64,000 nt of DNA from a bacterium. Lineage in GTDB: Bacteria; Zhuqueibacterota; Zhuqueibacteria; Residuimicrobiales; Krinioviventaceae. The position numbers and the translations under genes are program-made. The stretch lies in assembly GCA_963693055.1 (NCBI GenBank), contig OY843751.1, positions 1,248,001-1,312,000 on the forward strand, read 5' to 3'. Under the pieces are notes generated by a model. That model saw only the letters and a program-made list of their open reading frames with translations, was not told the origin of the DNA and did no database searches. This document shows positions 57,537-64,000 of the stretch, piece after piece. Numbering within the stretch: the stretch's first letter is position 1; each line of letters starts with the position of its first letter.

Positions 57537-58190
57537 CTAATAAAGTGTATCTAATAAATATTTTAATGTTTTTTCTTCAATATAAAGTGATTTCAAATCA
57601 TATATTTTTATTGTGGTTATTGTATCCCTGCAAGAAGTTATATTTAAAATATTGCGTTTACCATCCAATTCCAGTTCAGCATATTGACACCTGTAAATGA
57701 AATCAAGGTTTCTCACAAGTTTTATGTTTGTGTTATATTGATATTCCTGTTCGATTGTAATAAAATATGGATCAAATGCCATTGGCTTATTTCTATATAT
57801 ATTGATTTTATTGTTATTATATAGAATGGAATCCAACAATTCATATGATTTATTTGTAGTATCGCCATAAAATAAAGTTTTGGGGATTGAATATATTTCA
57901 AATAAAAATGTAATTGTGATTATTGATACCATAGGTATGCTTGAAATTATTGTGATAATCCTTAACAGATTTTTTTTAAATTGAAATGCCGAGATTAACA
58001 ATAAAATAGATAAAGGAGATAGTAAAAATATTAAATAGCGGGATAGATAAATACCTTTATATGAAATATTTATCTCTGGCCTATATAAAAAATAACACCA
58101 GTAAATGATTATATATAGTATAATAAAAATACCAAATAAAAAATATTGATTTAGTGGTCTTTTTTTAAATTTGAACATATTTATACTCAC
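57537..58190 (-). CDS. AT-rich orphan membrane protein
   Basis: Three N-terminal TM segments then a soluble domain; strongly AT-rich. Confidence 0.55.
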   Translation of the reverse strand: MSINMFKFKKRPLNQYFLFGIFIILYIIIYWCYFLYRPEINISYKGIYLSRYLIFLLSPLSILLLISAFQFKKNLLRIITIISSIPMVSIITITFLFEIYSIPKTLFYGDTTNKSYELLDSILYNNNKINIYRNKPMAFDPYFITIEQEYQYNTNIKLVRNLDFIYRCQYAELELDGKRNILNITSCRDTITTIKIYDLKSLYIEEKTLKYLLDTLY

Positions 58191-58358
58191 TTTTTTATTA
58201 TACTGGGCAGTTAATTTAATCTTTTAATCAAGTAAGACCGTAAAAACGATTTTATAAATATCTGTAAAGTATAAAGGATCCCCTGAATATTCAATTTATA
58301 ATATTGTTAATTAAGAATATTTATTTTAATTAATCAAGACAAAATATCAAGTGCTGAT

Positions 58359-58398
58359 AAAAAAATCCCCCACAACCCAAATGCGATTGTGGGGGATT
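58359..58398 (-). terminator. Terminator of rex-serC-serA
   Basis: AATCCCCCACAA...TTGTGGGGGATT with T-tract on the minus strand. Confidence 0.85.
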
Positions 58399-58421
58399 AG
58401 AGTCATTAAATATTTATCTGA

Positions 58422-59600
58422 TTAATCATTACCGCATTTGAGCGCGCGTACCATAATTACACCGTCAATGTCGTTGAGGCGGGTGAGGTCTTCTTCAATC
58501 ACTTCTTCTTCAACATCGATGATGTTATAGGCAAAGTCGCCCTTGTTGCGGTTGAGCATGTTGGTGATGTTTATGTCCTTATCCGCGAGAACACCGGTGA
58601 TCTGTCCCACCATTTTGGGGATGTTGCGGTTGATCACAATCAGACGTGTATGTCCGGAAAAGGGCAGCTCGCAATTGGGGAAATTGACACAGTTGACCAG
58701 GTTACCGCATTCCAGATAATTGCGTAGTTGTTCCGCGGCCATGGCAGCACAGTTGTCTTCAGATTCCGGGGTAGATGCACCAAGATGGGGAATGCCAATA
58801 ACATTTTCCATTTTCAGCAACTCTTCATCTGGGAAATCGCTAACATATGCGGAGACAATGCCGGCTTCCAGAGCGTCTTTGAGGTCCTTGTTGTTCACCA
58901 AGCCGCCGCGGGCAAAGTTGAGTATGCGGATACCTTTTTTCATAATCTTGAATTTTTCCGCATTGATCATGCCCTTGGTTTCATCTGTCAATGGTGCATG
59001 GATGGTGATGTAATCGGATTCTGCCAGTAACTGATCAAGCGATGCCGCTTTTTTGATCTCACGGTCCAGATCCCATGCATGGTCAACTGACAAAAAGGGG
59101 TCGAAGCCCATTACTGTCATACCCAGGGAGCGAGCGTCGTTTGCAACCATAACACCAATGGCACCCAGGCCAATAACGCCCAGACGTTTACCTTTGATCT
59201 CGGGGCCGGCAAACTGGGACTTGCCTTTTTCGATCAGTTTTGGCACTTCATCGCCTTTACCAATCAACGTTTTTGCCCATTCAATACCGGGCAGAATTTT
59301 ACGGGAAGATAACAACATTCCCGTAAGTACCATTTCTTTAACGCCATTGGCATTTGCGCCGGGTGTGTTGAATACAACAATACCTTTTTCAGCACATTTT
59401 TCCAATGGAATGTTGTTAACGCCGGCGCCGGCACGGGCAACTGCCAAAAGTGTTGAAGGCAGTTCCATTTCATGCATGCTAAAACTTCGTACAATAATGG
59501 CATCCGGTTCATTAATTTCTGACGATACTTCGTAACAACTTCTCGGTAAAAGCTCAAGGCCTACCGGTGAGATTTTATTCAAGGTTTTGACTTTGAACAT
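58422..59600 (-). CDS. serA: D-3-phosphoglycerate dehydrogenase with C-terminal ACT domain
   Basis: 'ARAGAGVNNI', 'FNTPGANAN', GLGAIG, 'NFARGG', 'PHLGAST'; downstream of serC. Confidence 0.92.
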   Translation of the reverse strand: MFKVKTLNKISPVGLELLPRSCYEVSSEINEPDAIIVRSFSMHEMELPSTLLAVARAGAGVNNIPLEKCAEKGIVVFNTPGANANGVKEMVLTGMLLSSRKILPGIEWAKTLIGKGDEVPKLIEKGKSQFAGPEIKGKRLGVIGLGAIGVMVANDARSLGMTVMGFDPFLSVDHAWDLDREIKKAASLDQLLAESDYITIHAPLTDETKGMINAEKFKIMKKGIRILNFARGGLVNNKDLKDALEAGIVSAYVSDFPDEELLKMENVIGIPHLGASTPESEDNCAAMAAEQLRNYLECGNLVNCVNFPNCELPFSGHTRLIVINRNIPKMVGQITGVLADKDINITNMLNRNKGDFAYNIIDVEEEVIEEDLTRLNDIDGVIMVRALKCGND

Positions 59601-59611
59601 GTCCCGTCCTT

Positions 59612-60697
59612 TTATTTATTCTCAGATTCAAATTTTTTCATATAGTCCACCAATTTCTTGACACCCTCCACCGGCATGGCGTTATAGATGCTGGCACGCA
59701 TACCACCAACTGAGCGGTGGCCTTTGAGTGTCATTAAACCTTCCGCAGCTGCTCCTTTGATAAAGGCAGCGTCCAACTCTTCGGAAGGAGATACAAAGGG
59801 TACGTTCATCAATGAACGGTCCTCTTTGCCTACCGTACCTTTAAAGAAAGCGGACTCGTCAAGATAATCATACAAAAGGGCTGCTTTTTCGCGGTTAACT
59901 TTTTCAACGGCTTCAATTCCGCCTTGTTCTTTGACCCATTCAAAAACCAGTTTACAGATATAGATACTGTAACAGGGTGGGGTGTTGAACAGGGATTTTG
60001 CATCAACATGGGTTTTGTAATTCAGCATAGTGGGGGTAATGCTCTCGTCCGCGTGGCCTACCAGATCGTCACGAATGATGGTAATTGCAACACCGGAAGG
60101 ACCTGCATTTTTTTGCGCGCCGGCAAAGATGAGACCGAAATCATTTACATTGTAAACCTGAGACAAAAAGTTTGAAGACATGTCTGCAACCAGGGGAACG
60201 TCACCGGTTTTAGGCAATTCGGAAAAGAGTGTTCCGTAAATAGTATTGTTGGTGACCATGTAAAAGTAATCCGCGTCATTGGTAAAAGTTGCGGGATCCA
60301 GTTTGGGGATATAGTTGAATGTTTTGTCTTCAGAGGAGGCAACAATGTTTACCTCTCCAAAACGTTTGGCTTCGGGAATTGCTTTTTTAGACCATTGGCC
60401 GGTGTTGACATAATCTGCTTTTTTGCTATTGCGGAACAAGTTTAGTGGAACCATAGCAAACTGGGTAGACGCACCACCCTGTAAAAACAATACATGATAA
60501 TTATCTGGAATGTTCATGATCTCACGTAAAACAGTTTCTGCTCCAACAATTATATCATTATACGCACCTGAGCGATGGCTCATCTCCATAACGGACATGC
60601 CAGTGCCCTGGTAATCCAACATTTCTTCTGCTGCTTTTTTAAGAACCGGTTCGGGGAGAGTCGCCGGTCCTGCCGAAAAATTATAAACACGGCCCAT
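59612..60697 (-). CDS. serC: Phosphoserine aminotransferase
   Basis: 'NFSAGPATLP', 'EMSHRS', 'LQGGASTQF', 'GAQKNAGP', 'GHRSVGGMRASIYNA'. Confidence 0.97.
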   Translation of the reverse strand: MGRVYNFSAGPATLPEPVLKKAAEEMLDYQGTGMSVMEMSHRSGAYNDIIVGAETVLREIMNIPDNYHVLFLQGGASTQFAMVPLNLFRNSKKADYVNTGQWSKKAIPEAKRFGEVNIVASSEDKTFNYIPKLDPATFTNDADYFYMVTNNTIYGTLFSELPKTGDVPLVADMSSNFLSQVYNVNDFGLIFAGAQKNAGPSGVAITIIRDDLVGHADESITPTMLNYKTHVDAKSLFNTPPCYSIYICKLVFEWVKEQGGIEAVEKVNREKAALLYDYLDESAFFKGTVGKEDRSLMNVPFVSPSEELDAAFIKGAAAEGLMTLKGHRSVGGMRASIYNAMPVEGVKKLVDYMKKFESENK

Positions 60698-60742
60698 AAT
60701 AGTCTCCTATCTATTGATCTGTTTATGAAATAAAAAAAGGAA

Positions 60743-61366
60743 TTATCGGTTTAATGTACTCAGTGCAATCAATTCATCGAATGCACCTACCACATCAATA
60801 TTGCTGACGTAAACCGGATAGTCGTATACCTTGAGGTATCCCGGTGTGAAATTGACGATTCCCTGAATACCGCCCTGCAAGAGTTTATCGGTCACTTCTT
60901 GTGCCGAAGCCACAGGTACGGTTAAAACGGCAAGTTCAATATTTTTCTGTTTTACAATATCTTCAATGGCATGCGAGGGGTAAACATCAATATCGGTTTT
61001 AATAGTTTCCAGAACATTGATATTGGAATCAAACCCTGCAACAATTCTATATCCATTTACGATGAAATTGTCAAAGTTCATTATGGCGCTGCCCAGGCGT
61101 CCTAATCCTACTACGCAGGCATGTCGTTCATGGTCAAAACCCAGATGGGAAGAAATATGGTCTTTTAACCGTTTAACATCATATCCGGAACCCGTGTTGC
61201 CAATTTCTCCAAGATAGCCGATATCTTTACGTATATTGTGAGAACCGAGTCCCAACTGTGCGGCTATTTTTGATGAAGAAATCGACTGGATTCCTTGTTT
61301 TTCCAACTCTTCTAAAAACCGGTACAACATGGAAAGACGTGCAACGGCTGGTTTAGGTACTTTCAT
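60743..61366 (-). CDS. rex: Redox-sensing transcriptional repressor Rex
   Basis: 'RLSMLYR', 'ISS', 'IRKDIGYLGEIG..GSGYDV', GLGRLG, 'IVNFTP'. Confidence 0.93.
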   Translation of the reverse strand: MKVPKPAVARLSMLYRFLEELEKQGIQSISSSKIAAQLGLGSHNIRKDIGYLGEIGNTGSGYDVKRLKDHISSHLGFDHERHACVVGLGRLGSAIMNFDNFIVNGYRIVAGFDSNINVLETIKTDIDVYPSHAIEDIVKQKNIELAVLTVPVASAQEVTDKLLQGGIQGIVNFTPGYLKVYDYPVYVSNIDVVGAFDELIALSTLNR

Positions 61367-61379
61367 AACACTACTATTT

Positions 61380-61428
61380 TTGTGATTTTTTTCACAGAAA
61401 ATATAATTATTATTATAATTGTAGTCAA
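61380..61428 (-). promoter_or_regulatory. rex promoter with Rex operator at the transcription start
   Basis: TTGACT-N17-TATATT (61428-61400) followed by CTGTGAAAAAAATCACAA (61397-61380). Confidence 0.8.
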
Positions 61429-61472
61429 TGCTTTTTTGGTCTCATTCAAAAATAGATGCCAAAATTTCTTTT

Positions 61473-61490
61473 CTGTGAAATTATTCACAG
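61473..61490. promoter_or_regulatory. Second Rex operator
   Basis: CTGTGAA-ATTA-TTCACAG, matching the Rex consensus TTGTGAA-N4-TTCACAA. Confidence 0.8.
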
Positions 61491-61638
61491 TTCGTTCGGT
61501 TTATTTGTAGCGTTCTACGAAAAGTGTATTTTGTTGAATTAAAAAAGTATTTAGATCGTTGTAAATCCCGGTTGCATGGTTGTATAATTTTGTTTAAATT
61601 ACATTTTAACAATGCATTAAAAAGAACAGGTTTCCCAA

Positions 61639-64000
61639 ATGGCAAAAGCGAACAGTACTCCCCGTATGTTTCTTATCGATGGTATGGCAATGGCATACCG
61701 AACCTATTTTGCGTTTATTCGCAATCCTTTGATCAACACAAGAGGGGAGAATGTTAGCGCTGTTTTTGGATTTACAAACATTCTTTTAAATATTTTAGAT
61801 ACTGAAAAACCTGATTATTTTGCTGTTGTGTTTGATACCAAAGAGCCTACCTTTCGGCACAAGCTTTATCCCGAATATAAAGCACAGCGCGCAGAAATGC
61901 CGCAGGATATGATAGACCAGTTGCCACGTTTGCATGAAGTTTTGGATGTACTCAATATCCCTTCAATTTCTATGGATGGATACGAAGCGGATGATATTAT
62001 TGCCACATTGGCTAAAAGGGCTGAAAAGAAAAAGATCCAATCTGTATTGGTTACAGGTGATAAGGATTTTATGCAGCTTGTTACGCCGTTAACTACCATT
62101 TTAAATCCCAGGCGTTCGGGACAGGAGCCCGAGTGGCTGGATGCCAAAGCCGTGGAAAAAAAGATTGGACTGCCCCCGGAACGGATTGTTGATTATTTAT
62201 CTCTTATTGGAGACACATCAGATAATGTGCCGGGCGTTTCAGGTATTGGCCCCAAGACTGCAGTAAGCCTGCTGCAGGAATTTGGTTCGCTTGATAATTT
62301 ATTAAAAAATATTGAAAATATATCCAGTAAACGTGCCCGCACAAGCCTTGAAGGCAATGAAGACAAGGCAGAGTTGGCCCGCAAGTTGATCACAATCGAT
62401 ACTAATGTTCCGGTTGATACCAATCCTGAAGATCTGCTTGTAAAAGAAGCAGATTCGAATAAAGCGGTCGAGTTTTTTACCCGCATGGAATTTAAAACAC
62501 TGACTAACCGATTTGCCGAAGAGACAAAAAAAGTAGAGCAGGAATACCGGATTGTGGATACATCCGAATTGCTCGATAATCTGGTTGTGGATTTGAATGC
62601 CTGTAAAGATTTTGCTTTTGATACTGAAACAACTGACGTGGATCCCATTCGTGCAGAGCTGGTGGGTATATCTATCTCTATGGAGCCGGGAATTGCGTAT
62701 TACATCCCTGTTATGGGACCCAATGATCTGGCCAGTCAAGACAAGGTACTGGAACTTGCAGATGTAAGGAAAAAACTAACACCTGCTTTTGAGGATGAAA
62801 AGAAATCCAAATGTGCGCATAATGCAAAATATGATCTGTTGGTGCTTGAACGGCATGGTTTTAGCATACATGGATTTGTGTTTGATACAATGGTGGCCAG
62901 TTACCTGTTAGACCCGTCATTGCGTCAGCATAATTTAGACGCTCTCAGTCTAACGCATTTGAATATTAAAAAGATTCCTACTACTGATATTATTGGTTCC
63001 GGTAAATCGCAAACTACAATGGACAAGGTACCGGTTGCAACGGTTGGACATTACGCTTGTGAAGACGCGGATGTAACCCTGCGTTTGAAAAATCTATTTG
63101 AAAAGCAACTGGTTGAACATAATCTGATGGACCTTTTTCGCGATTTGGAAATGCCGTTATTATATGTATTAAAGACTGTTGAAAGCAACGGTGTAGCGTT
63201 AGATAAGCAATATCTAAACCGGATGTCGCTGGAGCTTGAAAAAGAGTTGGCAAGTCTTGAACAAAAAATTTATGAAATAGCTGGAAGCCCTTTTAATATT
63301 CAATCTCCGAAGCAGTTGGGTGTGGTGTTGTTTGAAAAATTAAAATTACCACCATCACGCAAGACCAAAACCGGTTACTCTACGGATGTTTCTGTGCTGG
63401 AAACCCTTGCGGTACAGCATGAACTGCCCAAATTGATTCTGGATTTCAGACAGTTGGCTAAGCTAAAATCCACTTATGTGGATGCACTGCCCAAGCTGAT
63501 CCACCCGAAAACCAAAAGGGTGCATACATCGTACAATCAGACTGTTGCAGCCACGGGACGCTTATCGTCAAGTGACCCGAATCTTCAAAATATACCCATT
63601 CGGACCGAGATTGGCAGAAAGATACGCAGGGCGTTTGTAACGCGTGATGATGATCATGTATTGTTGGATGCGGATTATTCACAAATTGAACTTCGGGTCA
63701 TGGCGCATTTGTCCGGAGATGAAACTTTGAAATCTTCATTTCTAAATGATGAAGATGTGCACCGACGTACTGCCTCGCTGGTATTTCATGTTGAACCGGA
63801 AAAAGTTACTGATGATCAGCGCCGCAAAGCCAAAGAAGTCAATTTTGGAATCATGTATGGTATGGGAATATATGGTTTGTCGCAGCGTTTGAATATTAGT
63901 ACTGAAGAAGCAGACCAGTTTATAAAAACCTATTTTGCCAGCTATCCCGGTGTTCAGGATTTTACAATGAACATTATTGATAAAGCCCGTAAAGATGGAT
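61639..64000 (+). CDS. polA: DNA polymerase I (3' partial; missing from the ORF track)
   Basis: Reads MAKANSTPRMFLIDG..., 'YEADD', 'GDTSDNVPG', exonuclease 'FDTET', 'TGRLSSSDPNLQNIP', 'DYSQIELR', 'NFGIMYG'; open to the window end. Confidence 0.97.
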   Translation, partial: MAKANSTPRMFLIDGMAMAYRTYFAFIRNPLINTRGENVSAVFGFTNILLNILDTEKPDYFAVVFDTKEPTFRHKLYPEYKAQRAEMPQDMIDQLPRLHEVLDVLNIPSISMDGYEADDIIATLAKRAEKKKIQSVLVTGDKDFMQLVTPLTTILNPRRSGQEPEWLDAKAVEKKIGLPPERIVDYLSLIGDTSDNVPGVSGIGPKTAVSLLQEFGSLDNLLKNIENISSKRARTSLEGNEDKAELARKLITIDTNVPVDTNPEDLLVKEADSNKAVEFFTRMEFKTLTNRFAEETKKVEQEYRIVDTSELLDNLVVDLNACKDFAFDTETTDVDPIRAELVGISISMEPGIAYYIPVMGPNDLASQDKVLELADVRKKLTPAFEDEKKSKCAHNAKYDLLVLERHGFSIHGFVFDTMVASYLLDPSLRQHNLDALSLTHLNIKKIPTTDIIGSGKSQTTMDKVPVATVGHYACEDADVTLRLKNLFEKQLVEHNLMDLFRDLEMPLLYVLKTVESNGVALDKQYLNRMSLELEKELASLEQKIYEIAGSPFNIQSPKQLGVVLFEKLKLPPSRKTKTGYSTDVSVLETLAVQHELPKLILDFRQLAKLKSTYVDALPKLIHPKTKRVHTSYNQTVAATGRLSSSDPNLQNIPIRTEIGRKIRRAFVTRDDDHVLLDADYSQIELRVMAHLSGDETLKSSFLNDEDVHRRTASLVFHVEPEKVTDDQRRKAKEVNFGIMYGMGIYGLSQRLNISTEEADQFIKTYFASYPGVQDFTMNIIDKARKDG

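Noticed and set aside
61524-61757. 77-aa plus-strand ORF (and the minus-strand ORFs at 61866-63682)
   Set aside because: They overlap polA, which is the real gene from 61639 onward

Overview
Bacterial chromosomal window, probably from an FCB-superphylum organism such as KSB1 or Calditrichota (inferred from a PorV/PorQ-like gene and a protein with a 'YQNYPNPFN' T9SS-type C-terminal tail). Left to right it holds: (i) a complete heme operon, ccsA/hemX-hemACDENH-hemY-hemB-hemL, interrupted by a dense cluster of palindromes; (ii) a candidate sigma54-driven hsp20-hsp20 unit followed by a dnaJ-like gene; (iii) accessory and carbohydrate genes (GH38, GH92, DUF4038, DUF1080, lactonase, unknown secreted proteins); (iv) envelope and housekeeping genes (ABC exporter, amidase, NUDIX, pcm, PspC, MscS); (v) rex-serC-serA with two Rex operators, divergent from a partial polA that the ORF track omits. 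The most unusual feature is at about 54.7-57.5 kb. Three unrelated toxin-antitoxin pairs, each with its own promoter, alternate with composite repeats. Each repeat is a GTAG-REP-like element fused to a long hairpin with 9-nt periodicity, and a 54-bp core recurs three times almost exactly. It looks like a cassette array, but no attC sites, integrase or transposase are visible. Mixed palindrome clusters with covarying stems also lie inside the heme operon and beside an AT-rich orphan gene. A candidate ~210-nt sRNA lies at 44.6-44.8 kb. All calls come from reading the sequence by eye; no searches were run.
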